From: Octopus vulgaris
Lineage: Eukaryota
NCBI GenBank assembly: GCA_951406725.2
Contig: OX597831.1
Span: forward strand, 31,000,001 to 31,064,000
Reading direction: 5' to 3'
DNA: 64,000 bases
Shown: in pieces, positions 1-12,629 of the stretch
Layout of the letters: each line of letters opens with the position of its first letter
How positions within the stretch are numbered: the stretch's first letter is position 1
Translations under genes and position numbers: made by a program
Notes under the pieces: model-generated
Database searches by the model: none
Told to the model about the DNA's origin: nothing
Seen by the model: the letters and a program-made list of their open reading frames with translations, nothing else

Positions 1-80
1 GGAATTTGAACTAAGAACTTAAAGACGGACGAATGCGACGAAGAATTTTGCCAGGCATGCTAATGATTCTGCCAGCTCGC
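1..80 (-). mobile_element. tRNA-derived SINE family A, 5' head (truncated by window edge)
   Basis: Reverse complement reads GCGAGCTGGCAGAATCATTAGC...GTTCAAATTCC (A/B-box-like), the same head as the copies at 18122 and 53530. Confidence 0.8.
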
Positions 81-129
81 TAAAAATAAAAGTAAAAAAT
101 TATTATTATTTTTATTATTATTATTTTCT

Positions 130-2600
130 ATTATAAACTAAACAGATTAGACTGTTGGAAAACAAAAATCCTAACATCGGGCTACAACAAGTAAACTTAG
201 ATGTCAAGAACCATCCTAAGTATCCTAGCTATCCTTAATAACACTGTTGTCTGGAGCTGTACTAAACTGGGTTTTATGCCTATTTCCTCTATCCATTCGT
301 TCAGATGTTCAAGAATAGTTCCCAAAGCACCTATAACTACTGGAATACATTTTACCCGCACTTTCCATAGTCTCTGTAATTCAATAGCTAGGTCCTGGTA
401 CTTTGATATTTTTTCTATACTTCTCATATTAATTTTTTCATCATTTGGGACTGCAAAGTCAATTATCGGGCACATTCTAATCTCTTTATCTACTTCTACC
501 AAATCAAGGCATCTAGCTTATATTACTCTGTCAGTCTGAATGTTGAAGTCCCACAACATCTTATATTTCTTACTTTCTAGTACTTTGACAGGTTCATACT
601 CATAACATTTATCAGTATGTTCAAATCCTAGCTTTATACATAGCTCTCAGTGGATTACACTTCCTAGATTGTCATGTTTTTTCTTGTATTCTTTCATTGC
701 CAGCATGCTACGTTGGTTTACTATATGAGTAACACTTTCCTCTTTTGATTTGCGTAATCTATATTGGGAATCTGCTTGCTTTTGTCTATCTTGGCTTTTA
801 TATAACTAGTCCTTAATGCTTGATTTTGTGCAGCTACTAAAAACACTTTCTGTCTCCCTTTTCAGCTTTCATTTCTGCAACCTTAACCACATCTCACTAC
901 TACTATTTGCTGCAACTATCTTTGGGAATCTACCATGCAATGCGTTCTCCAACCAGTCAGATAATTTCTGTTCTTTTGTTTGGTTTTTAAGTTCGTTTGG
1001 TGATTTGGTTTCCCTATGTCTTGCTGTGACTGAAGCAGCTTTTAATAAACTTTCTTCTCTATTACCTACATAGGAGTCTATATCTACTCTAACTAACTCC
1101 ATGCAGTCTTCTACTGATATTAACCCTTTTCCACCTCTGTTTCTAGGTAGGTATAATCTTGATACTCCTGCCCTTGATTGGAGTCCTCCTTTCATAATGA
1201 ATTCCTTCTTAGTTCTTCTGTCAAGCTCTACTAATTTAGTTTTTGCTCAATCTTCAAAAGCTGCTGGGTATCTGATCTTCTGTTGACTATTACTCTTGCA
1301 TAGATCAATAACTTAGTGTCTTCTATATTTTTAGTATCTATCCTACTGATAACTGAATCTACTTTCCTAATCATATCTAGCAGCTTCCTTCTGTTGGTGC
1401 CTTTTAATTTTGGCAGTCTTTTTCTTACTCCTTTAGTCATTACTTCCTGCAACTCATCTAAAATCTTCTGACCTCCCTCACTTAAGTCGCTGGTGCCAGT
1501 GGTCCCTTCCTTATTGGTAGCGCTATTGTTATTTTTTCCTTTAGATTCTTCTTTGGTTTGAGTAGTATCTCTTATGTTGTTGTTTGTCTTTCCCACTGCC
1601 TGGTCTTTCTCTTGTGATCTCTTCTACCTCCAATTCTGTCACCCGCTTTCCCCTCCTAATAGCATTAGCTTGACCTACTAATCTCTTCTCATTCACTTTA
1701 AATATACCCTTCTCTACTCAAAGTGTCAACATCCGTTTTCTATAGCCCTTTCTTTTAGGTTCACTTTCTAAGTAGCACTGCATCACTATCCTGTTTCCTT
1801 CGCTGGTCCACTTCCTCCTCTTTGCTCTATTATCTGCTAATGCTGTATTAGGATAACAGCTGTGGTCAGTCTGCACCTTTACAGAACCACTGCCGAGCGA
1901 GAGGCCTTCCCTTAATAGTCCAGCTTCATTTTTGCTGTTTACACTCAGAGTTTCTAGGGAAACTCCTGTCTCATAAATTGAGTTGAGGTAATGTTCGTCA
2001 CCATCGTCATCACCATTATTATTTCTATAATCAATCCATGCAGAAGTGAGAATTCTACGTTTGTCATGAGATTTCATGGATCATGCGATTGATTGTTGAT
2101 TTTACATCCATATGAGCCTCGTCAGCACTCTTTTTGCTCAGTGAGGAAAATATCGTTCTGCTCCAAAATGTATATATTTTCCCCACGGGGTTAGATGTTA
2201 AAATCTTATAAGTGGTAGATAAATAAGTTATGGGCCGACAGTTTTTGGAAATTTAGTTTAATTATTCTTTGGGAGTAAGTAAGTAATACCACTTGTTTTC
2301 TTAGGATCTCTCATAATTTAATTGAATAACTGAACTAAATTTTCGTGTGTGCACGGGAGCGAAGCGAGCCAGAAATTTGGGACCCTAACTTTACCAAAAG
2401 ATGAGCCTTCGTGAGTGTCATCCTTAAGTCTACTACTGTGATGTCTGCCCATGCTCGTTCTGGGAAATTTGGTAAGATCCTATTGTGTGTCTAATCCAAT
2501 TTGCATTTTTAATGTATGGTTTTTCATCACCTTAAATATTTTCCAGAAGTCTTCAACTTCTTCCATGGGTGGTGGGATCGTCAACGTTTATTTTCTCATT
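130..2600 (-). mobile_element. Decayed RLE-type non-LTR retrotransposon (R4/Dong-like) with the RT domain deleted
   Basis: Broken ORF pieces: N-terminal KRRKWTSEGNRIVMQCYLESEPKRKGYRKRM (1718-2077), RLYLPRNRGGKGL (869-1195), a CCHC-like region, and the restriction-like endonuclease IIDFAVPND...KISKYQDLAIELQRLW...PVVIGALG (197-502). TAA-rich tracts lie on both sides. Confidence 0.85.
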
Positions 2601-2652
<52 letters not shown>

Positions 2653-2654
2653 GC

Positions 2655-2800
2655 GACATTTCGTCCGTCATTGCGTTCTGTACTCAAATTTCGTCGAGGT
2701 CGATAGAATAAATATCATTTGAGCACTGGAGTCGATGTAATCGACTTACCCACCTCCCCCGAAATTGCTGACCTTGTGCCCAAATTTGAAACCAATATTA
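2655..2800 (+). mobile_element. SINE family A fragment
   Basis: CATTTCGTCCGTC...GTCGATGTAATCGACTTACC...CCTTGTGCCCAAATTTGAAACC matches other copies. Confidence 0.7.
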
Positions 2801-2974
2801 AATATATGGCGGGGAGTAGATCTACAAGACCAGTCGTCTGTAAATCCTACGATTTTGAGAAGTGGACACGTAAAAATACTGGCTACATGTTTAGTAAGAA
2901 ACCAACACAACTGCAGATGAAGACATATAGTAGAGGAATATCCCCCCGAGAGAAGCTTGGAGTACAAGTGAAAT

Positions 2975-3170
2975 ATTGATTTTAAATTCTGGGACAAGGT
3001 CAGAAATTTTGAGGAAGGGAGTAAGGCGATTACATCGACCCAAATGCTCAACTGGTGCTTAACTTACCGACCCCAGTCGACCCCGGCAGGATTTAAGCTC
3101 AGAAACTTTGGACAGATGAAATTTCTTTAAACATTTTGCCCAATGTGCTAACGATTCTGTCAGCTAGTAG
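2975..3170 (-). mobile_element. SINE family A copy
   Basis: Reverse complement contains CTGACAGAATCGTTAGCA and GGTCGATGTAATCG motifs. Confidence 0.7.
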
Positions 3171-3661
3171 CCTATTGAAGGAACATTGGAAAAGCTGTTC
3201 TGAAAAGAAAAAAAAACCATCATCATTATTTTTCGGTAGGTACATGTGATGGCTTAATCAAGGGGCTCGACGTAGATACCATATATCCTATATATCCTAA
3301 TGATAGAATACTAAAACAGGTAACCAGATAAGTTTAAATATGAGCGTACAAACCCAGCGTAAGTCTAGAGGATAACGCTCGTACACTATACTTTTGAAGT
3401 GCATATATTTCCATCCGAGGTTATGTACTATACGCACATACATGCATAAATACATACACATACAAACATAGCGTTATGTATACTTAAACATACGTTTTGT
3501 TCTTTGCCATCTCGTTACCTACATCAACTTAGGAAAATATCTTATTATTGTTGACTTTTGCTCTAGGCAGACATTTCTAACACATACTGTGACAATATTG
3601 ATAAAGACAACTACTGGCGTTTGCAAATATTTTCATTGTTTATAGGATATAACAGACATCA

Positions 3662-3788
3662 ATGACGGAGCCAATATCAATGAGACTGCGAAATATTAAG
3701 TATAACAATAACAATGTTCGTCCGTCGTTGTCGACGGTAACCAGGATATCACATGGGAAAAGAAGATGCTCGGAGGGTTCTGCCGCAG
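3662..3788 (+). CDS. Candidate first coding exon of an unidentified host gene (MTEPISMRLRNIKYNNNNVRPSLSTVTRISHGKRRCSEGSAA)
   Basis: Unique CpG-retaining stretch with acceptor ttttcattgtttatag (ends 3645), ATG at 3662 and donor CAG|GTCGAG at 3788. If unspliced, it is a 59-aa ORF ending at 3841. No homology recognised. Confidence 0.25.
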
Positions 3789-4067
3789 GTCGAGTGCGAT
3801 CTAATTCTGTTTGTAGGGGGGTGGTTCCTCTATTGACATAGCTACGACAGGCAGGGCGGTCCTGTGCCTGCATTTCTCAGGTGTCGGAGCTGATCTGAAA
3901 TCACTTCAGTGAGGCTTTGAGTGTATTAAGTATGTGCGTATTAAGTTTAATACTCACACACGTACACACGCACGCACGCACGCACACACACACTCAGACA
4001 CACACAAACAGAAAATGAAAGAAAGGGAAAATAAAAAAGCTTCTAACACTGGAGAAAGTTTTAGAAA

Positions 4068-4106
4068 TTCTTTATATTTCGGACTAAAAGCTCTATCTTC
4101 AGAAGG
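4068..4106 (-). ncRNA. Minimal type I hammerhead-like motif
   Basis: Minus strand: CTT-CTGAAGA-TAGAGCTTTTAGTCC-GAAAT-ATA-AAG. The core is canonical, stem I is CTT/AAG and stem II is imperfect. Confidence 0.5.
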
Positions 4107-4439
4107 AAGCACTCTAAGAAATGTGTATTTACCGTTTCTATTTTTATTATCATTTTAAACTGCGCAGTTTGAGTTAGCAGCAACGGCAACTCTTCACATG
4201 TTAGTCGTGATTGTTATGACATTTTTTCGTAGTAATGGTGGAAGATGGTGTCAGTGGCGAATGACATGACGTTGGTCGTAATCGCCGTGATGTATTCATA
4301 GGATCCACCCACCCATCTCCGATCGATTACTGACTTTTGAGTTGAGGCGGTGGATTAACATAACCTCCTTAATACGTAGATTTCCTGTGTTCCCTGAGGC
4401 TAGTATGTCAGTGCATGTTTCTTTGTTGATATTGCACGA

Positions 4440-4598
4440 CAGACGTCCACACAGTTTACGTTTACCAGATTCACAAGGTACCAATGGATCTGGTTTACAG
4501 TAGAATAAAAACTTGCTCAAGGTGCCACGCAGCAGGACTGAACCAGTAACCACGTAGCTGCAAAGCAAGCTTCTTAACCTTACAGCCATGTCTGCGCA
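4440..4598 (-). mobile_element. SINE family B 5' part
   Basis: Reverse complement GCAGACATGGCTGTAAGGTTAAGAAGCTTGC...GGTTCAGTCCTGCTGCGTGGCACCTTGAGCAAGT resembles the copy at 43309. Confidence 0.7.
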
Positions 4599-5084
4599 TA
4601 ATGTAAGCGAACATCATGAAAATCCATCCTACTTGCAACTGATTTCAACACGCGAAGCTAACGTTGTAGATATCGATATTTACCCATCATAGATGCTAAA
4701 TGGAAATATAATACGGCGTGCCTATTTATAACAGACAAGTGTACTTTACACGATATCTATTTACAGTTTACTAGCATAGAGTTACGGGAGACAACCATGC
4801 TGCTTCAACATGGTCTTTCGAAACGCTAGAAATAGCAGTTAGAGCTCTGTCACTGGAACCACATCGGGACCGATATGAGACAGACATTGAATGAGTGTGT
4901 AAGTCATACACCAGTACAATCATACCTTGGCAACAAGATATGATTCCCCGGGAGCAGCAACACGCACGCACAGACACACACTCACTAACTCACACATGCA
5001 CATGTGCACACAGTAGTAAATGCGTTTGTGTGTTAGTGAATGTATGAATATAAGCATGGTTGTCATGTTTGTGTAAGCATGTAA

Positions 5085-5131
<47 letters not shown>

Positions 5132-5194
5132 ATGTGTGTGTGCTTGTGTGTATGTGTGTGTGTGTGCGTGTATAGATATAGATAGATAAATGTA

Positions 5195-5335
5195 GATTAT
5201 TTACATTATTTACATTATTTACATTTGAGGGATATTTGTCCTCATCTTGTTTGTTGTTAAAACGTTTCAGCTGATATACCATCCAGCCTTCATCAGGTGT
5301 CTTGGGGAAATTTTGAACCTGGGTTTTCATTAGAA
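5195..5335 (-). mobile_element. PLE-type terminal repeat fragment with a hammerhead core
   Basis: Minus strand: ACAC-CTGATGA-AGGCTG-GATGGTATAT-CAGCT-GAAAC-GTT. The stem I partner is missing. Adjacent to a microsatellite. Confidence 0.55.
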
Positions 5336-6151
5336 ATGCCAAAAAAATAGGGTATTTTGGAAAACTTTTTAGGAGCAACGCAACAACTGTGACACACAAA
5401 AATGATGAATACGATCTACGTTTGGTAGTATCATCATCAGCAGTTCCACCGTTCCGAATAACCTCCATGGTTATGCAGGACAATACTCACTATATGACGC
5501 TTTACTAGTTTTGGACTGTGACTAGAAATTTGTTTCTCTGAACCAGGAATTACTGGTCATACATGACACATGTCCTAAATTTTTAAGATATTGGTGAGTA
5601 ATTTGAGGGAGATTTGGCTGGTATTACGTAGCAGGTCAGACGATAACGTAGAGGCCATCATAACACTTTGGTGAACATAATGTTACGGAATATCATTTGA
5701 TGTTAAAGGAATGTGGATGTTGTTTCCGCAGTTAACGATTATATTTTAATCAATACATTTTCAAGACTTTGAATAAGATTTACGAAGTGAAAGATTATTA
5801 ATTTCAATGGTCTCTCTCTGTGTAGATAATGAGAATTTATCTTAATAACCATCATGAAAAGGAAGGGGTTAAGAAAATATTCTCAGACAATAGACTTGCC
5901 AGTTCTGCTTAATGGGGTAGAATCATTGGATAAGAAATCTTAAGGGACTTTGGCTGTGATTTATCGTTGACCATTTCGACGTCACACAAGATTGGTCAAG
6001 ATTTCAGTTCCCTCTGGATATGTCATATGCAGTAATTAAAATTTCATGCTGTTCTTCCATAATAACATTGGCAGCAATTCGCAGGAGCCACTTTAGGAAA
6101 GGTTTAGCCGAAGGCGTTATTTAATGCTCGAGATATATTGAAGTGACCTAC

Positions 6152-6211
6152 CTGACAATAATTCAATAAGACTCTGTTTGTCTCAATTACAAACGCATCG
6201 ATGCAATTTTG
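6152..6211 (-). CDS. Candidate 60-nt internal exon (QNCIDAFVIETNRVLLNYCQ)
   Basis: Minus strand: gtttcttttttcacttcacaccgtcag|60 nt|gtaggt. Open only in phase 0. No homology recognised. Confidence 0.25.
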
Positions 6212-6747
6212 CTGACGGTGTGAAGTGAAAAAAGAAACAACTAACATCTTAGTAGAGCAATTAGATTAGTGTAAAAAAGTAAATATGTCAGTAGCAGTCC
6301 ATCTATATAATACTAGAGTTCAGAATCTATTTATCTGCTTGCGTGTATATTAAATATTGCGAAAAATAGATCTAGTGTACCGGAATAATATTACGACTAA
6401 TGTCAACTTAAGCATAAATATTTCTGTCTACGTCCACTTGCAGTGTATTTTTGCGCTCTGGAATCCTTGAAACTGAAAACGTGTTGCTTTTACCAGCACA
6501 GAAAAATTGTTTTCCATTCATTCATGGAGGAAAAGAAATGCAATGCAACGTACGCATGCACAAACTTTCGAACACATACAACAACATGCAGATTTACGCT
6601 AAAGCCACAGACAGATTAGTAACTGAACTACGTAACCTCATACACAAACTCACAGCTAACAGCGAATAGGCATGTGGACAAGTATATACGGAAGCAAACT
6701 CCCCACTTAAAATCATTTCTAATCTAAGTATAAGGTCAGCAATTTTA

Positions 6748-6932
6748 AGGTGCTGAAGAGTTCCTGGCTTTAAAGATATCGCGAAAGGCCCAACCCTCCG
6801 AGTTCTTTTACAAGGCTTAGTAGAACTGAAGGACTGCTGTATTAAGTGTGTGGATCTGAGAGGGGAATATGTTGAATAATATCATACTTAACTGATCCTT
6901 CTGTATTTTCTTTTACCCAAAGCCAAGAACCT

Positions 6933-6935
<3 letters not shown>
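6748..6935 (+). mobile_element. Mariner-derived MITE
   Basis: TIR-like GGTGCTGAAGAGTTCCTGGCTTT...AAAGCCAAGAAC, with an internal mariner C-terminal remnant (KCVDLRGEYVE*). Same family as 28050-28217. Confidence 0.7.
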
Positions 6936-6985
<50 letters not shown>

Positions 6986-7193
6986 CACATACGACAAACT
7001 TGATCAGAATCGAAATATTTAGATGTCGATGCCTGAGATTACCTTTAATGGACGCTCTCACCGAAGGAATTTACCGTATATGAATTATCTAGGAATGAGT
7101 TCGAAATTATTTATTAGATTATTTTCAGTTAACATTTTGCAATATAAAAAATCTTAATTTTTATTTTTGATATCTTAGCAATTTCTTTTTCTG

Positions 7194-7249
<56 letters not shown>

Positions 7250-7262
7250 TTACGTATGTTTA

Positions 7263-7602
7263 AGGTGGCGAAAAATCGTTTGCAGACCGAGAAAAGTGCA
7301 TAGCGGTATTTCGTGCTTCTTTACGTTCGGAGTCCAAATTCTAACGAGGTTGACTTGTCTTTCATCATTTTTGAGTTTGGTAAAATGAGTACCAGTTGAA
7401 AACTGGTGTCGATGTAATCGACTTAACACGTCCATTGCACTTGTTGCTCTTGTGGAAAAATCTGAAAAGATTATTTTACGCTTGTAAAAACAAAAGCTGT
7501 GTGGTAAGAAGCTTGGTTCCGTGTTCAGTCCCACTTCGTGAGCCTTGGGCCGACCAAAGCCTTGTGAGTGGATTTGGTAGCCGGAAACTGAAAGAAGCCT
7601 GT

Positions 7603-7605
<3 letters not shown>
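7263..7605 (+). mobile_element. SINE family A copy followed by a family B fragment
   Basis: GGTGGCGAAAAATCGTTTGC...GTCGATGTAATCGACTT, then GCTGTGTGGTAAGAAGCTT...GGAAACTGAAAGAAGCC. Confidence 0.7.
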
Positions 7606-7677
<72 letters not shown>

Positions 7678-7815
7678 GAACCTTATCAAAAATATTTTTA
7701 AAAGTTCAGTGTAATAAAAAAGTTCATAATTGTTTCTTACTAGTCTCAACAGGATCCACGTGGTTGTTTTTTTAGCTGTCTTGTGTGTTCGAATGACCCG
7801 CGGTTGAAATGGCAG

Positions 7816-7868
<53 letters not shown>

Positions 7869-7996
7869 AGTAAAATCTTTTTTGCTAGTTTATTTTGTCT
7901 CTCTGTCTTATCTCATGGCACAATATGAACATTTAAGGTGGTTTTGGGAGTCGGGGTTTTGACTGCTATTTCGGCATGGTGGTGTCTCTCAGATAC

Positions 7997-8043
<47 letters not shown>

Positions 8044-8084
8044 ACACACACACACATAAATATGTGTGTGTGTGACTTTGTGTA

Positions 8085-8290
8085 TGTGCTTGTCCCCACC
8101 ACCGCTTAACAATCGGTGTTGGTGTGTTTTCGTCCCCGCAACCTAGTAGTTCGGCAAAAAAAAGACACCTATTGAATAAGTACCAGGCTTTAAAAAGCAC
8201 AGGTGTCGGTTCATTCAATTAAAATTCTTCTCCAAGGTGGTGCCCCATCAAGGCTGCAGTCAAATGAATGAAACAAGCAAAAGATAAAAG
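8085..8290 (+). mobile_element. SINE family B 3' half
   Basis: TGTCCCC...GTTCGGCAAAA...GAATAAGTACCAGGC...TGAAACAAG, as in 25095-25290. Confidence 0.7.
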
Positions 8291-9169
8291 GTGTATATGG
8301 ATAGAATATGCGTTAATCAGCAAGACGTATCAAAAGAATAAGTCGTGATATATCAGGTGGATTTGTTAATGTAATTCAAAAATTAGCATACAGAAAGCAT
8401 TTTGTAATGTAGGATCACCTTACTTGTAAAGACAATGGTAATCATGAATACAGCTAACACAAGAGCATTTACACGAATTTTCTTTTCTGTTTATAACGTT
8501 TCACCGATAACATATTGGCTTTTCTAAATTTTTCAGTAATTGCTCCCCATGTTCTACTTTTAGGGTATCAAATTACTTCCCTTAATTTTCCAGCAATAAT
8601 TTGCAGCCATTAGGCTTTCGTTTACTGCGAATTCAGTTTATTTTATTTACTTTAAAACTTTTGAGTTCGTCCTCTATAAAGCTCTGCCTGGAGTCATGAA
8701 TGAATAAATCAATATTAATTTTGTGTTATTCGAAAGGAAATCAATAGAATCAACATGTTGAGCAAATATAGAAAGAAATCATTGTTTATAGTGTCATTGA
8801 TATCAACATGGTTGGGAGGTATTCAATGTGTAGATGCTGTAAAATTGCCGGAGTGGCGATTAAAACGATTGCCGTGATTAATACGGAGCCCTTACGGTTT
8901 GAGTTCTAATCTTGTCAGTGTACGCTCTAACCATGATAAAATGTTATGTTGTATTTCTTATCGAAGTTTTCATTCTGAGTTCAACTCACGTCAAGCTCAA
9001 CTTTACTTTTCATCCTTTTGGGATTGATAAAATAAAGTTTCATTCAAGCACTGGGGCCATTGTTATTAACTAACTCCCTACCCTGAAAATTACAGGTCCT
9101 TACACTGAAAATTGTAGGCCTTGTACCTAAATCAGATCGTAGGCTGAGAGAAACGCTAGCACATCTGAT

Positions 9170-9432
9170 AAAATGACACCATCTGATTTCCATCTGCTTG
9201 GCCCAATGAGGGACAGTCTTCGAGAAGAAGGATTTGTTGAGGCAGTCGAGGTGAAAGTGGCTGTGAAGAAGTGTGTACAACAGTACCCATCTGAATTTCT
9301 TCAAGGAAGGTGCAAATGCATTTTTTGTAAAACCTTTGTATAGATACTTTCTCTAACAACATTGCAATTAGCATGACATCAGTAAATAAGTTATGCCCAC
9401 TTTCGCATTATTTACGGTATAGAACCTCGTAC
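9170..9432 (+). mobile_element. Mariner transposase 3' fragment with TIR
   Basis: Translates TPSDFHLLGPMRDSL (compare APSDYHLF) and ends ...CCTCG|TA. Confidence 0.6.
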
Positions 9433-9492
9433 ATATACATATACATCAAATGTATAGGTATGTACGTACATATGTAAATATATATATATATA

Positions 9493-10776
9493 TTCGGTTG
9501 GCAACTCAGTTCCCGCCGTTTTGTCTTTAATTCTGGGATTTATTGCGTTTTTAAATTTTGGAATCTTTTTTTTTTTCGAGAATTCTATTTTTGAATCATT
9601 TTGGAATCTATTTTGTTTTTCTTTCTAGTTAATTTTAGCTAATTTTTGTATATCTTCAGAGCATTAAAATGGAATATCAAGTTAAGAAAAACGAGCATTT
9701 TCGACACCTCCTTACTTTTTGCTTTTAATCAAGATTCTAAGGCTGCAAAAGATGCTCTCGACATTTGTGCTGTGTATGGAGAGGGTGCCATAGCTGAAAG
9801 AACCGCTCGTGATTGGTATGCAAAGTTCAAAAATGAAAAATTTGGCCTCAAAGACGCACCTCGTTCTGGCCGTCCAGTTGAGTTCAATGAAGAACGATTA
9901 AACCAGATTTTTCACGAAAATTCTCGTCAAACGACAAGGGAACTGGCAGAGAAAATGGAATGCTCTCACACTGCTATAGTGAGGCATCTTCCCTCGATTG
10001 GAAAGGTTCAGAAGTATGGAGCTTGAGTTCCACATGCTTTAAGTGACAACAACAAAAACTAACGATCCACAATCACCGCTCGTTCCTTGCTTGTCACCGC
10101 TCAACTCATGGACACCAGCAACGATTTCTTCACCGAATCGTTACTGGCAACGGAAAATGGTGCCTATGCATGAATATGAAGCATGTAAGGAATGGGTTGG
10201 CCCCGATAAACAAGCGACACCGCGCATGAAAAAAGATCTTCATCCGCGTAAAACGATGTTGTGCGTATGGTGGGACTGGGACGGGATTATCCATTACGAA
10301 TTGCGAATTGCTGAAACGGAACCAAACGGTCAACAGATAGGAACGACTCAACATAGCTATTCAAGAGAAAAGACATAATCAGCAGCATGGAGTTCTTCTG
10401 CTGCACGACAACACCCGCCCTCATATCGCCAATGTGACCAAGAAAGCCATTCAAACGCATGGCTGGGAAGTGCTGACACACCCGTCGTACTCTCCTGGTT
10501 TGGCACCAACGGATAAGCACCTCTCCCGATCTCTTTCAAATGCTATGCGTGGAGTTTCGTTCAATACTGATGCAGAATTGAGAGTTTGGTTGGATCAATT
10601 TTTCGAGGCGAAATAGGGTGATTTCTACCAACGAGGTATTGAAAATCTTGTTGAAAGTTGGGAAGAAGTTGTAAACAACAAGGGTGAATATATCATTGAT
10701 TAATTAGTTATTTTTTTATTAAAACTTTAAAAAAATTTAAATTTAAAAAACGGTCAGAACTTAGTTGCCAACCTAA
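9493..10776 (+). mobile_element. Full-length mariner (DD34D) element with a pseudogenised transposase
   Basis: TIRs TTCGGTTGGCAACTCAGTTC / GAACTTAGTTGCCAACCTAA with TA TSD, about 1.28 kb. HTH region (ERTARDWYAKFKN, DAPRSGRP), A*VPH (WVPH), MLCVWWD, HDNTRPH and HPSYSPGLAPTD are present with stops and frameshifts. Confidence 0.95.
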
Positions 10777-10849
10777 TATATATGCATGTGTGTGAGTGTA
10801 TGTTTGCATGTGTGTGTGTAAGCGTGTGCGTGTCTAAGTACATATATAT

Positions 10850-11192
10850 ATGCTGAGACCCACTTCAGTCATGACTGACCATGGGATTGCACCTAGCATT
10901 TTGCCCTCCCAGGCACAAGTCCGAGCAAGGTTGTTTATGGAAGACCAGAAGTCACTCATGCATAACGGCCTCCCTTCTCCACATCACCGATGATTATTTA
11001 AGGGAAAAGCTAAGGCCAATACAGATTGGCACCTGTGACGCCGCAACTCATTTCTACAGCTGAGTGAACTGGAGCAACGTGAAATATAGTGTCTTGCTCA
11101 AGAACACAACACGCAGCCCGGTTCGGGATTCGAACTCACAACCTCACGATCGTAAGCTCGTCGCTCTAACCACTGCGCCATGCGCCTTCACT
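10850..11192 (-). mobile_element. tRNA-derived SINE family D (CORE-like central domain)
   Basis: Reverse complement: GGCGCATGGCGCAGTGGTTAGAGCG...GAGTTCGAATCCC (A/B boxes), then GTGTTCTTGAGCAAGACACT...CCAGTTCACTCAGCTGTA. Confidence 0.85.
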
Positions 11193-11252
11193 ACTATATA
11201 TATGTATGTATGTATGTATGTATATATATATATATATGTGTGTATGTATATA

Positions 11253-11305
<53 letters not shown>

Positions 11306-11364
11306 ACATACATACATACATACATACATACATACATACATACATACATACATACATACATACA

Positions 11365-11395
<31 letters not shown>

Positions 11396-11642
11396 GCATG
11401 TATGTATTTATGAGGCAAAAACAGGAAGCAAGTTTTGCCATTTCGCTCATTTGTATCCATTAAAATTGTTTCGGCGATCAATAATCAAAACCCATGAACA
11501 ATCATAAATCATAATTATAGCTTATAAAATATATTCGATGAGATCGATCATGGATCATGGATCTCATCTTCAGATGGGAGAGAGAGAGAGAAATAGAAAG
11601 AGAGTGAGAGGGGAGAGAGGAAGAGAGAGAAAGAGAGAGAGG

Positions 11643-11683
<41 letters not shown>

Positions 11684-11852
11684 CGAGAAAAAGAATGAGG
11701 AGAATTAGGAAGAGAGACAGAGAGAATTGCCTGCCAAATCTTTTTCAAATCATATCCTATCTTTACAACTACTAATACTACTACTACAAGTACCATCACC
11801 ACCACCACCACCACTACTTTAACATACCAGCAACAGGAACAGCAGCATCAGT

Positions 11853-12365
11853 GGTGACGCAATGGCCCAGTGGTTAGGGCAGCGGACTCACGGTCGTAAG
11901 AACTCGGTTTCGATTTCCACGAGGCTCCGGCAGGAGTGGAGTGGTGAACCCCGCTGTACTCTTTCACCACAACTTTCTCTCACTCTTTCTTCTTACTTCT
12001 TCCACAAAGCAGAGGAACCATGGTGTAACCCACTATGGTGTGTTAAACTTTCAGACCCTAGTCTAGATTGCGAATCCTCTGTACCTCAGGATGGTTCAGC
12101 TCTCCACCCGTTAAAAGCCACCGTTTACGGAATGAGGATAACAACGTAGCTTTCGCGCCCGTGCAACCGCCAGTCTATCGAGTGTAGTGGGTGGATCTTC
12201 AAGTTGCCATGCGCATTCTTTGTAGCTTAGAGTAGGCTCGAATTAGAGATTATTCTTTGTGGCTAATGGCGTGAGTCCAGACTGGAAGAAGAAGAAGAAG
12301 AAGAAGAAGAAGAAGAAGAAGAAGAAGAAGAAGAAGAAGAAGAAGAAGAAGAAGAAGAAGAAGAA
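11853..12365 (+). mobile_element. SINE family C head fused to a distinct tail ending in (GAA)n
   Basis: GCAATGGCCCAGTGGTTAGGGCAGCGGACTC...CTCTTTCACCACAACTTTCTCTCACTCTT is shared with 39888 and 55972. An unrelated ~290-bp tail and (GAA)n follow. Confidence 0.7.
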
Positions 12366-12629
12366 AGCAGCATCAACAACAGCAATAGCAACATCGTCAG
12401 CGGCAGTAACAAATGAGAATATCTAGACAGTGTAAAGAAGCTGCAGGTTTCAAAACAGGAGAATGTTAGCCTATCACCAGTCTGGAAGAAATGTCCACAT
12501 CAGCGTTGTTTTCATTATATTCCGTGAATTTTAAAATATCTCTCGACTCAGGAAACATCAATCAAACCAACTACGTTGCTAAGATTGTTTTTTATGTTAT
12601 TTCTTTCTATTATTGGCTGTCGTTGTTTT

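Noticed and set aside
2300-2600. Possible HDV-like ribozyme at the LINE 5' end
   Set aside because: Plausible by analogy with R2/R4/RTE elements, but I could not trace the nested pseudoknot by eye.
5341-5510. Protein-like open frames on both strands
   Set aside because: No recognisable motif and no convincing paired splice sites.
11115-11190. tRNA-like sequences (also 39888 and 56290-56358)
   Set aside because: They have A/B boxes but no proper acceptor stem and continue into SINE bodies.
11064-11507. Many ORFs such as [20 protein letters not shown] and IYLS
   Set aside because: They are translations of stop-free microsatellites; the same applies across the window.
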